Part shown: in pieces, positions 40,560 through 51,170 of the stretch
Layout: the number at the start of each line of letters is the position of its first letter
How positions within the stretch are numbered: position 1 is the stretch's first letter
NCBI GenBank assembly: GCA_965249575.1
Contig: OZ252244.1
Coordinates: forward strand, 1,312,001-1,376,000
DNA: 64,000 bases
Direction of reading: 5' to 3'
DNA from: Gemmatimonadales bacterium
GTDB taxonomy: Bacteria > Gemmatimonadota > Gemmatimonadetes > Gemmatimonadales > GWC2-71-9
The notes under the pieces: generated by a model
Database searches by the model: none
The model's input: the letters and a program-made list of their open reading frames with translations, nothing else
What the model was told of the DNA's origin: nothing
Made by a program: the position numbers and the translations under genes

Positions 40560-40985
40560 CTATTCCTCGCCTCCTGGCGCGGGGGACCTAGGCGCCGCAA
40601 GTACTTCAGCCACCATGCCATCGACGTGCGGGCGATTTGACATACGAGGATGAAGGTCGCGGTAGTGTCGCACCGCCGTGATGGCGCCCCGGATTCCCGC
40701 CATAGTGCGCTCGCTAATCCGCCCATCGGGCTCGATCGCGATCAGGTCATCGTCCATTCGGGACTCCAGCAGTTCGACAGCATCCTCCACATCGCCCGAC
40801 CGAGGGTGCTCCAAGAGAGTCAACTGAGTCCTAACGTCTTCGGCTAGCTCTGAAAGCCAGTTGCTCCCCATCCAACCGGCCGTACGCTCCACGCCCGCGT
40901 AGAAGCCACTCGCTCCGCCCAGCATGAGACCGAAAACGAGCGCCAGTGAAAGCGGCAGCAACGTTCCCCTACCTTTCGTCGTCAC
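40560..40985 (-). CDS. Hypothetical protein with N-terminal TM
   Basis: 141-aa ORF with GGAG RBS, co-oriented with neighbours. Confidence 0.55.
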   Translation of the reverse strand: MTTKGRGTLLPLSLALVFGLMLGGASGFYAGVERTAGWMGSNWLSELAEDVRTQLTLLEHPRSGDVEDAVELLESRMDDDLIAIEPDGRISERTMAGIRGAITAVRHYRDLHPRMSNRPHVDGMVAEVLAAPRSPAPGGEE

Positions 40986-41246
40986 TCCGATCTAGGTAAA
41001 AAGCCCGACCTCGAAGAATCGACTCCATTCCTCAGTGTATGAAACGGAGGATGCGGAGATTCGTTTCTTGACTTTCGACCGCTCTCGACGAAAATGATGG
41101 TAAGACTTTCGTATACGAGCAGTCACGCGCTCATTGCGAGAATACTCAATCCACCCCGTCCCAGCGGATATGGGGATGAGAGATATGCCGTCGCCACAGC
41201 GCTGGCAACCACGAACGCAATCGCACACGTGCTGCAGAGGAGGGAC

Positions 41247-41666
41247 ATGGCTCAACCTACGGTCAACCGGACGCTGCTGGAGCTGGAAGCGGAGCGAATC
41301 TACCGCGCCATTTTCCAGGAGCGCATACCCGACATCGTCAGGCAACGATTCGTAGCGGCCTCGTCACGATTCAACGCGCGAGCGGACCCCCGTGCGCTGG
41401 AAGTCTACTACGCCCTGCTCTCTATCGTCACCGACCTCGAAGCACTCGAAGTCACGGCACGGTACACACGCAAGTTACCGCTCCTCCTCGCAAAGTTTCA
41501 CATCATGGTTTACCTCGCGGAGACGATTCCACACAACCAATCCCTCTTTGTCAAGAATCACGCAAGCGTCATCGGCGCCTGGTGGGCCTTCTTGAGAGGT
41601 GGTGTCCGAACGGTGTTCAAGCTCGGCAAGGGGCTCTGGTTGCTCGCAAGGAAGAAGCATGTGTGA
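41247..41666 (+). CDS. Hypothetical protein
   Basis: GAGGGA RBS; 3' end overlaps the GMC gene start. Confidence 0.6.
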   Translation: MAQPTVNRTLLELEAERIYRAIFQERIPDIVRQRFVAASSRFNARADPRALEVYYALLSIVTDLEALEVTARYTRKLPLLLAKFHIMVYLAETIPHNQSLFVKNHASVIGAWWAFLRGGVRTVFKLGKGLWLLARKKHV

Positions 41667-43242
41667 CGTTGTGATCGTCGGCGGTGGAGCGTCTGCAATC
41701 GCGGCCGCTTTAGCACTCGCAAAACGTGGTGTCAAGTCGATCATGCTTGACGTCGGCTACACTGGGGAGCGAGCCAATCTGGTCAAAGGCAACCTTTATT
41801 CCTATCGACGGGAGCACGACACATTCGACCTGATGATTGGTGCGGATTTTCAAGGCTTGGCCAACGTACTGACAGACCGCTCCATGCCGGCAAAACTAAC
41901 CAGCCCACATATGGCCTATGTAACACGAAACGCACACGAGGTGTCACCCATTCAGGAACGGGACTTCACCGCAATACAGAGCTTTGCCAGGGGCGGGCTG
42001 GCGAACGCGTGGGGCGCTGGCCTCTACCGCTTTACCGACGAAGATCTCGCGCGCTTTCCAATTGCCGCGCGCGACCTGGATCCCCACTTCGATGAACTCA
42101 CTCAGGAAATAGGCATCATCGGTACCAACGACGACCTCACTCCTTTCTTTGGCTCAACGGATTATCTCCAGCCCGCAATTGAGCTCTCGCACAACGCCTC
42201 GCGGCTCCATCGCAATTACATCCGTAGCCGGGAACGGCTACGGGGAGAACTCTATATCGGCCACTCCCGAACGGGCGTGCTGACCCAGCCGAAGAATGCA
42301 AGGCCGGCCCTCGATTATTCGAACTTAGAGTTTTGGTAGGAGCAGCCCAGTATCTATTCGCCACAGATGACGCTGGACAAGCTCACCGCTGCGGGTGACG
42401 TAGACTACCGGGCTGGTATGTTGGCTCGGCGCTACACGGAAACCGCGTCCGGCGTACGTGTAGAGGGTACCCGAATCGGTCCGGACATTCCTTTCGCGAT
42501 CGAAGGGAAGAAGCTCGTGCTCGCTGCGGGCGCTATCGGCACGACGAAAATCGTGTTGCGCTCCTTCGAGGATTACGCGACTCGGTTACGGCTACTCGAG
42601 AACCCGGCTGTGCAAGTGCCCCTCGTTTTGCCGTCGTCCATTGGTGCACGCCTAAATTCGACGGCCTTCGGCCTAGTACAGTTGAACCTCGTCTGGCGTT
42701 CCAAAACCTATGGCGCCCTCCTTCAGGGTAGTATCATGGAAGTGACGTCGCCTATGCGCGCCGAGTTTTTTACGCACCTGCCCTTCTCGGCTCCTGCCAA
42801 CCTTGGGCTGATCCGCAATCTCCTCCCAGGAATGCTGGTGATGCAGATGTTTTGGCCGGGCGCCGCTCAAGAACCCGCTCGGATTTCTCTGCAGGCCAGC
42901 GGCCACCTTCGAATCGAGGGATGCCCGAATCAAATCGATTTGAAGAAGACCGCGCCCCTAGTACGGCACCTCCGCCGCATCGGCGCTTGGACACACCCGA
43001 CGCTCATGTCTCGCGTGCCGACGGGACACGCCATCCATTATGCCGGCACACTCCCGATGCGCCTGGAGCCAGACCGTTATGAGTGCGACCCCACTGGTCG
43101 ACTCCACGGAAGCCAGAACGTCTTCATCGGCGATTCGGCTTCGTTCTCAGCCCTGCCGGCCAAGAACATGTCGTTTGCCATGATGGCGAATGCAATGCGG
43201 ATTGCGGCGCACATCAGCCGAGAGCCGAGTACTCACCAGTGA
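41659..43242 (+). CDS. GMC-type FAD oxidoreductase with one in-frame TAG (42337-42339)
   Basis: DVVIVGGGAS, GGLANAWGAG, LVLAAGAIGT, IHYAGTLPM; both halves in the same frame. Confidence 0.75.
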
Positions 43243-44120
43243 AAACAGTCCTCGTTACCGGGGCGAGCGGTCTTATCGCCCAGCACCTTGCACAGGTGCT
43301 AACCAAGGAAGGCTTCCGCGTGCTGGGGATCTCGAGGGGTGGCGCGATGACCGACGGCTTCGCAGCCGTATATCGAGCGGCGTTACTGGATTCCCTCGAT
43401 CGCGCGCTCGACGGCGAGCCGGTCGACATCGTGGTTCACTGTGCGAATCATGCAGGCAAGGGCGAGTACCGGGTCAACGTCGACGGAACGGGCCGTTGGC
43501 TAAAAGAGGCCGACGCGATGGGGGTTGGGCTACAGATCTTCCTGAGTAGCCTGGCGGCGGCTCCCGACGCACTATCGGCCTACGGACGCGCAAAGTACGA
43601 CCTCGAGCAGCAGTTCATCGCGAAGGGCCACGTCGTCTTTCGTCTCGGGCTCGTGGTCGGAAATGGGGGCATGTTCCTCAAGATCCGCCGGTCGCTCGAA
43701 AGGCTCCCGGTGGTCCCGCTCCTTGACGGCGGCCGATCACCCGTCTACGTAATCGGCATCGATCGCCTCTGCGACCTGATCCGGGATTGCATCGTCAGCG
43801 ACTGTGCCGGCCGGCGGGGCCGGATCTGCCACGTGCACCAGCCGACGCCCCATTCCCTGCGTGAGTTGATGCACTGTATTCGGCGAGCGTATCGCTACTC
43901 CCGCCTGTTCGTTCCCGTTCCCTCCCTGCCGGTCGTTTGGGCGCTCTCGCTGGCGGAGCGGGTCCCGGGAATGAATCTACCAGTCACCAGTACGCACCTC
44001 CGTGGCATGCGCCAGAGCCGGAACCGTACTCACCCATCCGATTTCCTCGATTTCGGGTACACCGAAGAATCGCTGGAGGGCCTGGTGGAGCGAGTGGCGC
44101 GTGTCGAGATCCCGGAGTGA
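43239..44120 (+). CDS. NAD-dependent epimerase/dehydratase
   Basis: VLVTGASGLI, YGRAK; GTG start overlaps the GMC stop. Confidence 0.8.
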   Translation: MKTVLVTGASGLIAQHLAQVLTKEGFRVLGISRGGAMTDGFAAVYRAALLDSLDRALDGEPVDIVVHCANHAGKGEYRVNVDGTGRWLKEADAMGVGLQIFLSSLAAAPDALSAYGRAKYDLEQQFIAKGHVVFRLGLVVGNGGMFLKIRRSLERLPVVPLLDGGRSPVYVIGIDRLCDLIRDCIVSDCAGRRGRICHVHQPTPHSLRELMHCIRRAYRYSRLFVPVPSLPVVWALSLAERVPGMNLPVTSTHLRGMRQSRNRTHPSDFLDFGYTEESLEGLVERVARVEIPE

Positions 44121-44129
44121 TCCTCAGAA

Positions 44130-44590
44130 GCGGAGCTTGACCAGCCGAAATCCGCCTTCGGCAACGATGGTATTCGCCGATATCGTGCCAGCGAGTCGCT
44201 GTCGTCGAGTCGATGCCGCTCGTGCGGGTCAACACGAACTCGATGTCATGTTTGCGAGCGATGGCCCGCCGTTGCTCGGCACTCGTTTCGGCGCGAAGAA
44301 ACCTCTTGAGATCGCCGTAACGTCCGAGCAACCCACCGTCGGCAGGATTGACGTGTGGGAGATGCAGGGCCAACACCGCGACATCATGTACGGCGGGTAA
44401 GAGGAGGCTCAGCTTGGGATCGGCAGCGATGACAGGCCGGTCGTCGATCGTGGAGCTCAGGAGATTCTCGAGCCCATCGAGCTCCCACAACGACTGCCGC
44501 TGCCTTTCGCTCTCCCACTTGGCCTCCCGCAGCAAGTTTCCATGAAGCGCCCCCCCCAAAAGAATAGCCGCAGTCACCCGCGTTCACGGT
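44130..44590 (-). pseudogene. Fragment of a membrane glyco-modification-like protein
   Basis: VIAADP.LS.LLPA..RRAIARKHDIEFVL resembles C-termini of large membrane proteins; both ends look broken. Confidence 0.3.
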
Positions 44591-44917
44591 CACTGTCCTC
44601 CTTCGGCGGCGATGCTTGGAAAAGCTGCGGGTACGCCCGCGCTGCCCTAGTCAGCGGCGCCGAGCGTATCGGTGCTCCATGACTAAGGGCTGCCGATGAC
44701 GGAGTCAACGGCTCGCATCGACCCGGCCGGCCGCGAGAAGGTTCGGGGCCCTTCAGCGCTACACCAGAACCCCCCCAAGAAGACACCGGGTTGTGTGAGA
44801 GCACGGCGAGCAAGCGGCTTCTGAATCGCCTACCTTGCCGAATAGAAATGGAGCGGGAGCACCCGCCTTTTTGGGGCTCGCCATCGGATTAACACACCAG
44901 TGGGAGTGCCGTTACCC

Positions 44918-47043
44918 ATGCGCTATTGGACACTGACCGCTTCCCTGTTGTTCGGATGGATCCTCGCGGCCGCGTGGCTCGTACCCGAGATCATTGAAGG
45001 CGCGTACTACGGGCGCAGCATCGACCTCGTCAATGGGATCATTTCCGGGCGGGGCGAGCATCCCTTGGACGAATACCTGCGCACGTGAGCCCGAGTAGCC
45101 TGGCTTCTCACGATCGCGTTCGCGATCGGCAGTCTCGTGCTGCACACGGCGTGGCGTTTCCGTGTTTACCTCGGCGCAGTCGCTACCCGTCACATACGGC
45201 TATGGACGGCCGAGTCCATGCGGCCGGCCGAGATGGTTCTCCTTGCTCTGTGGTTCGGGCTCGTTACGGGGAACAGCCGAGGCCGCGTACATACTGGTCA
45301 GGCGGTGGATCGATTATCTGGGGGACGCAATCCCGTGGCGGTACTCGTTGGACGTCGTCTGGATGGCGCCCCTAGCACTTACCTGTATTTTCGCCCTGGT
45401 GGCGGCTCTCCTCTTGATGGGTGGACTCGTTTGGCGAGGAGTCCTGACCGTCCGCATCTTGACGTTCGCGCTCTGTGTCCTCGCCGGCTACATCTTGCCG
45501 AGGTCGTTAGGACTGGGGATCCACCCGCTCGCAGCACTCACGCTGGCCACGGCTCTGGCACTTCAAGCGGCTCGCTTCGCGGCTAACAACCCGCTGCGTT
45601 TTCGATCCATCGTACTTCGCAGCACGCCGTCGGTCCTCGGCTTGATCGTCGTGGCCGGCCTCGCCATTCACGCGGTCCCTTGGCTCGTCGAGCGTCGCCC
45701 CAGCCTACGAGCCTCGCGCCCGGGGATGCCAAATGTCCTCTTGATCATTCTGGATACGGCCCGGGCCGCGAGCCTCAGCGTCTACGGCTATGCCCGGCCG
45801 ACGACGCCCAAGCTCGAGAGTTGGGCCAAAGATGCGGTCGTGTTCGATCGGGCCATCGCGACCTCACCGTGGACACTTCCTACCCATGCTGCGGTTTTTA
45901 CTGGACGGTATCACCACGAGATATCCGCCGACTGGGGCACGCCACTAGACGAAACCCACCCGACGTTGGCCGAAGTCCTCGCGTCCAGTGGGTTTGAAAC
46001 CGCCGGCTTCGTGGCCAATTACGGTTTTACCAGGAAGGCGACGGGCCTCCACCGTGGCTTCGAATACTATCGAGACGAGCTGTCTTGGCCGACGTGGATC
46101 ATGAAGAACTCGTGGGCGGCCCGAGAGCTGGCCGAACAGGTTCGAGAACTCTTGGGCAATCGGAGGGCGCTCGACCGCAAGCCTGCCACCCAGGTGAACG
46201 AAGAGTTCTTGAACTGGCTGCCCGATAGGGAGGAAAGACCCTTCTTCGTTTTCCTCAACTACTTCGATGCCCACGACCCGTACGAATCTCAACAGCCCTT
46301 CAACACGATGTTCACTTCTCTGCCCCCCAAATACTGGATCTCTTGGCGGTTGAAGTACACCGAGGAGGAGATGGAGGAGTTCCGGACCGCCTACGACGTC
46401 GCCATCGCCTACCTCGATCATCAACTCGGAACGCTCTTCGAAGAGCTCGACGAACGTGGTCTACTCGACAGCACGCTCGTCATTGTCACCGGAGACCACG
46501 GTGAGCAGTTCGGGGAACCCGTGATCGACCTCGTGTACCACGGGAATAGCCTCTACATGCCATTGATCCACGTACCACTGATCGCCTCCTTTCCTCGGGG
46601 CGGCGTACCCGGTGGCAAGCAGGTCCAAGAGACGGTGTCGTTACGCAACATCCCGGCGACCGTACTCGACCTGCTCGGCCTCGACAACTCGGTCGGATTC
46701 CCCGGTACCTCTCTTCGTCGATGCTGGGACCGCTCGCCGTCAGCCGAGCCTCTCGCGGGAGATACCGCGCTATCCGCAGTGACAGACGGCCCTGCCATGC
46801 CATGGCATCCCGTTTACAACGGCCCGATGAAATCTCTGGTCGTGGGTTCCAGGGCACTATATACTGAACGGGGACGGAACGGATGAACTGTACGACCTCG
46901 ACCGCGACCCATGGGAGCGGCACGACCTGAGCGCGGACGACGGCGCCGCTGCGGAGCTGGGACGACTGAGAATAGCCCTCGAGGCAATGATCGAGGGCAC
47001 CACGAAATCGGCCGCCTCGCCAACGGTTGGCTCGTCCAAGTAA
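44918..47043 (+). CDS. Membrane-anchored sulfatase-like hydrolase/transferase (in-frame TGA at 45086; frameshifts near 45270 and 46853)
   Basis: PNVLLIILDTARA, SPWTLPTHA..TG, FLNYFDAHDPY, TGDHGE; HYILNGDGTDELYDLDRDPWE continues in a shifted frame to TAA at 47043. Confidence 0.8.
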
Positions 47044-47172
47044 TCGAGCGGGTGCCGTCACCAGCTGGCGTGTCGCGCGCGCCGTAATCCCCTCGAACGA
47101 GAATGGCCCCTTCCCGCAACACGGGAGCGGCGTACGGCTGGGCAGCTAAATGAGATCGTTGGCTGATCGACT

Positions 47173-48050
47173 CTGACGAAAGCCGCCAAGCTCACCATCG
47201 CGGCGGTCCTCGCGGCCGGCGGCCTCGCGTTCGGCGTCGCCGTCTGGGGAGTAGCGCGCAGCCCGGTCGAGCCTCCTCGGGCATCGCGACTCGTCAACGA
47301 CGTCACCCACCTCAACCCGATCGCGGTCGATCGGATCATTACACCCACGACGACCGTGGAGATCGTCGAAGCGGTCCGGAGTCACCCCGGTCCGATCGCC
47401 ATCGGAGGCGGCCGTTACAGCATGGGCGGCCAGACTGCCACCGAGGGAGCACTCCATATCGACATGCGCGGCTTCAACCGCATCGTCCAGTTCTCGCCGG
47501 AGCGGAAGACCATAACCGTTCAGGCCGGGACCCGCTGGCGCCAGATCCAGGAACGCATCGATCCGGCGGATCTCTCGGTCAAGATCATGCAGTCGTACGC
47601 CGACTTCACCGTCGGCGGCGCCCTCTCAGTGAACGCCCACGGCCGGTACGTCGGGCTCGGGCCCCTCATCAGGTCGGTGCGATCTTTGAAGGTCGTGCTG
47701 GCGGACGGTGCCGTGACGGAAGCGAGCCCAACCAACAACCCGGACCTCTTCTACGGCGCCATCGGCGGCTATGGTGGGTTGGGAGTGATTACGGAGGTGA
47801 CGCTGGATCTGACCGAGAACGTAAGGGTCATGCGCCGGAGTCGGATCATGCCCATCACGGAGTACGGCGCGTACTTCGCGGATAGCGTCGGCCCATCACG
47901 CACGGCCGTTTTTCACAACGCGGACATCTACCCAGGCCGTTACGCAACCGTGAACGCGATCACCTATTCGACCACCGACGCTGCGCTCACCGTCGCGCAC
48001 CGGCTCGTACCGGCAGACCGATCATATCGGCTCAACCGCCTGCTCCTTTG
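47173..48050 (+). CDS. FAD-binding oxidoreductase, C-terminally truncated (start uncertain)
   Basis: VNDVTHLNP, GGGRYSMGGQ, MQSYADFTVGGALSVNAHGRY, GGYGGLGVI. Confidence 0.8.
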
Positions 48051-48188
48051 GGTGCGCTCGGCCGCGTCACGTCCGTGGAAAAAATGGAATTCGCCCTCAG
48101 GATTGTCGGCGACGTCTTGATACATGCGCACGATTTCGTCTTTGAGGGTCGCTTCGAGTGTGGCTTGGGCGTCTACGGCATCGGCCAT
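48050..48188 (-). pseudogene. N-terminal fragment of an arsenite-methyltransferase-like SAM methyltransferase
   Basis: LKDEIVRMYQDVADNPEGEFHFFHGR; collides with the oxidoreductase on the opposite strand. Confidence 0.6.
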
Positions 48189-48425
48189 CGAGGGTTCCTT
48201 TCTAGAGTGCCGGTGTCTTCGTCAAACTCTAGCGCGCGGCACTGGTCCCCGCCACCTGGTTAAACTACACTCAGGGACCTTTCCTTAGACCCCTCAATTC
48301 ACCCTTTCACCCGCCGCGACTAACAGGGCGCATTGTCGACCTTCGACTGGTCTCGCCCAACCAGTCTATTCGCAGTTGCCGTATGACGAGCACACAAGTC
48401 GTCTTTGCCAACAAGGAGGTTGTTA

Positions 48426-49436
48426 ATGAATGCCCAGAGATCGCGCACCATTGACCTCGATCGATTGCGGCCGCCTAACCTTCCGGCCGGCGCCGTGGGC
48501 ACGGCCATCGCGGGCCTGCTCGGCCTGGTCGTTCTGTGGAGCGCCGTGTTCACGGTCAAGGCCGAGGAAGTCGGAGTCGTCGTGACGTTCGGGAGGTACA
48601 CCCGAGAGGCGGGCCCAGGGCTTCGCGTCAAGTGGCCTTGGCCGATCCAGGACGTCGTGAAGGTGCCTATCCAGCGTCAGCTAAAGGCGGAGTTCGGGTT
48701 CCGCACGGAGAGCGCGGGTGTCACCACGCAGTACACCCAAGGAACCCACCGCGACGAGTCGCTTATGCTAACCGGTGACCTGAACGTCGCCGTGGTCGAG
48801 TGGACCACCCAGTTTCGGGTCAACGACCCGTACAAGTACCTCTTCAAGGTACGGAACCTGTTCAACCCCGATCCGGAGAGCCGCGCCCGCACGTTCCGCG
48901 ATATGAACGAGGCGGTGATGCGCGCGGTGATCGGCGATCGTAGCGTCAACGAGGTGTTGACGGTTGGCCGCCAGGAGGTCGCCACGGAGGTGGAGCTCCG
49001 ACTGCAGGAGATGGCCGATCAGTACGACACCGGCATCAAGATCGAACAGATCGTGCTCCAGGACGTGAATCCACCCGACCAGGTGAAGCCCGCCTTCAAC
49101 GAGGTCAATCAGGCGCAGCAGGAAAAGGAACGCATGATCAATGAGGCGCGCGCCGAATACAACAGCGTCGTCCCGCGCGCGCGGGGAGAAGCGCAGCAGA
49201 CCATCCAGCAGGCCGAGGGGTACGCCACCGACCGAGTCAACCGGTCGCGGGGCGACTCGGAGCTCTTCAAATCCCTGCTGGCGGCCTACCGTCGGGCACC
49301 CGAGGTGACCCGGAGGCGCATCTATCTCGAAACCATGCAGGCCGTGTACCCCAAGGTGAAGCAGAAGATCGTGCTGGATTCGGACCTGAAGGGCGTCCTC
49401 CCACTCCTACCGCTGGCGCAGGGGGTGAAGCCATGA
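48426..49436 (+). CDS. hflK: FtsH protease modulator HflK
   Basis: MLTGDLN, LQDVNPP.QVKPAFNEVN.A, APEVTRRRIYLETM; AGGAGG RBS. Confidence 0.92.
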   Translation: MNAQRSRTIDLDRLRPPNLPAGAVGTAIAGLLGLVVLWSAVFTVKAEEVGVVVTFGRYTREAGPGLRVKWPWPIQDVVKVPIQRQLKAEFGFRTESAGVTTQYTQGTHRDESLMLTGDLNVAVVEWTTQFRVNDPYKYLFKVRNLFNPDPESRARTFRDMNEAVMRAVIGDRSVNEVLTVGRQEVATEVELRLQEMADQYDTGIKIEQIVLQDVNPPDQVKPAFNEVNQAQQEKERMINEARAEYNSVVPRARGEAQQTIQQAEGYATDRVNRSRGDSELFKSLLAAYRRAPEVTRRRIYLETMQAVYPKVKQKIVLDSDLKGVLPLLPLAQGVKP

Positions 49437-50368
49437 AACGCCTGATCACAGCCGCAGCGGGGCTGGGCGCCGTGCTCCTCCTGGCCGCTGCTGGCAGCGT
49501 GTTATTTGTCGTCAACGAGACCGAGCAGGTCGTCATTACCCAGTTCGGCGAGCCGAAGGGCGACGCGGTCACGAGTCCCGGTCTCAAGCTCAAGCTCCCG
49601 TTCATCCAGAAAGCCAACTACTTCGACAAGCGATTCCTCGAATGGGACGGGGATCCGAACCAGGTTCCCACGCGGGACAAGCGGTTCATTCATGTCGATA
49701 GCTATGCGCGTTGGCGGATCACGGACCCGCTCAAGTACTTCCAGCGTCTGAGGACCGAGCAGGGAGCGCAGTCCCGGTTGGACGACATTCTGGACGGCGA
49801 GACCCGCAACGTCATCGCGAAGCACGACTTAATTGAAGTGGTCCGGAGCAGCAACCGGACGTTCGCCGCAACCGAAGAGACGGGGGGCGGTACGACGGAT
49901 CGTCAAGAAACGATCGAGAGTGGGCGGCAGGCACTCGCGAGAGAGGTCTTGGAGACCGCGCAAACCCGTACTGGCGACCTGGGTATCGAGATTCTGGATT
50001 TTCAGTTCAAGCGGATCAACTACGTTGAGGAAGTGCGAAACGAAGTCTACGCTCGGATGATCACAGAGCGACAGCGGATCGCGCAGCAGTTCCGGTCCGA
50101 GGGTGCGGGAGAGGCGGCGCGCATCAACGGCGAGAAGGAGCGGGAGCTCAAGCAGATCACCTCAGAGGCATACCGCCGCGCCCAGGAAATCAAGGGCCGC
50201 GCCGATGCCGAGGCGGCTGATGTGTACGCCGCGGCATACAACCGCGACGCTGACTTCTACCGATTTCTCAAAACGATGGAGATCTTCACCGAGACGCTGG
50301 GCGGGGAAACCGTGCTGGTCCTGAGCACCGACGGTGAGTTCCTTCGCTACCTGGGCACAACCAAGTAG
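49433..50368 (+). CDS. hflC: FtsH protease modulator HflC
   Basis: EQVVITQFG, TRDKRFI.VD.YARWRI, RMITERQRIA; ATGA overlap with hflK. Confidence 0.92.
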   Translation: MKRLITAAAGLGAVLLLAAAGSVLFVVNETEQVVITQFGEPKGDAVTSPGLKLKLPFIQKANYFDKRFLEWDGDPNQVPTRDKRFIHVDSYARWRITDPLKYFQRLRTEQGAQSRLDDILDGETRNVIAKHDLIEVVRSSNRTFAATEETGGGTTDRQETIESGRQALAREVLETAQTRTGDLGIEILDFQFKRINYVEEVRNEVYARMITERQRIAQQFRSEGAGEAARINGEKERELKQITSEAYRRAQEIKGRADAEAADVYAAAYNRDADFYRFLKTMEIFTETLGGETVLVLSTDGEFLRYLGTTK

Positions 50369-50484
50369 GGTTCCGGAGGTACATGCCATTCGGGGAGTGA
50401 TCGGTCCAGCCGCTCACTCCCCGAAATTGTTGTCCCCGTTGGCGCCAGCCCTCGTGCTGGCCGAGCTATGCTTTGGGGTTCGCC

Positions 50485-50622
50485 CTACCCGTTCTCGGCG
50501 ATGCGGCGCCGTCGGCGTGCGAGAGGGATGCCACCGAGCCCGGCCAATCCACTTCCAAGGAGTACCATGGTCACCGGCTCGGACACGACTGCGCGGTTCT
50601 GACCTCGTACCAGCATCTTCAC
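50485..50622 (-). CDS. Orphan PEP-CTERM-like sorting tail (short ORF or remnant)
   Basis: Manual: VVSEPVTMVLLGSGLAGLGGIPLARRRRRIAENG*. Confidence 0.55.
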   Translation of the reverse strand: MKMLVRGQNRAVVSEPVTMVLLGSGLAGLGGIPLARRRRRIAENG

Positions 50623-50752
50623 GCCCGACTGTGGGACGGGCGGCACCGTCCCTGGCCGTACCAATCGCCCTAGCGAGATCCGGGACGTTGCCAGATAATG
50701 AAGCAGATCCTCTCTCGATCCCAGAGTCTTTGGGGCCCGGGCGAACCGCCCA

Positions 50753-51100
50753 TCAACCGGACGTGTGGTGCGAGTTGAGGCTCCCCGTTCGTGACTGGAG
50801 GTAAGTCTTGAGCCGCGCTCCCTCCGAATCCTCGCGCTCGCGCCGCCGGGTCATCGCGCGGCGCAAATGCACGACCGACGACACCGCGACGAGCGCGAGC
50901 ACGCAGACCACCGCCACCCACGCCGCCGGCCGCGCCCGGGCGAGACCGAAACCGGATCCCACGAGGGTGAGGGAGCCGGCAACCACTTCTGCGATCGCGA
51001 GTGGGGAACGCCCGCCAAGCACGGATTGGGCGTGCTTGCGCATCTTGAGACCGCCGGCCGCGAGGGCCAACAGACCGACTACAAAGAGAAGGATGCCCAT
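50753..51100 (-). CDS. Hypothetical membrane protein (~3 TM)
   Basis: MGILLFVVGLL...; three hydrophobic segments. Confidence 0.6.
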   Translation of the reverse strand: MGILLFVVGLLALAAGGLKMRKHAQSVLGGRSPLAIAEVVAGSLTLVGSGFGLARARPAAWVAVVCVLALVAVSSVVHLRRAMTRRREREDSEGARLKTYLQSRTGSLNSHHTSG

Positions 51101-51170
51101 TACAATCGTGTCACGGGAAGATTCGTCCCGAGGGCGCGGACCGCCAGTCCCTGTACCGTGGGGCACGGAG

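Noticed and set aside
27880..40990. Integron cassette array
   Set aside because: Scattered GTTAGGC/GCCTAAC words exist, but I could not pair them into attC sites; genes face both ways; no integrase
42337..42339. Pyrrolysine or an alternative genetic code
   Set aside because: TAG, TAA and TGA all terminate ordinary genes here; no pyl genes seen; lone stops of all three types point to errors or mutations
45086..45088. Selenocysteine at the sulfatase in-frame TGA
   Set aside because: Context YLRT*ARVAW in a membrane region fits TGG>TGA; no redox motif, and the gene has other errors
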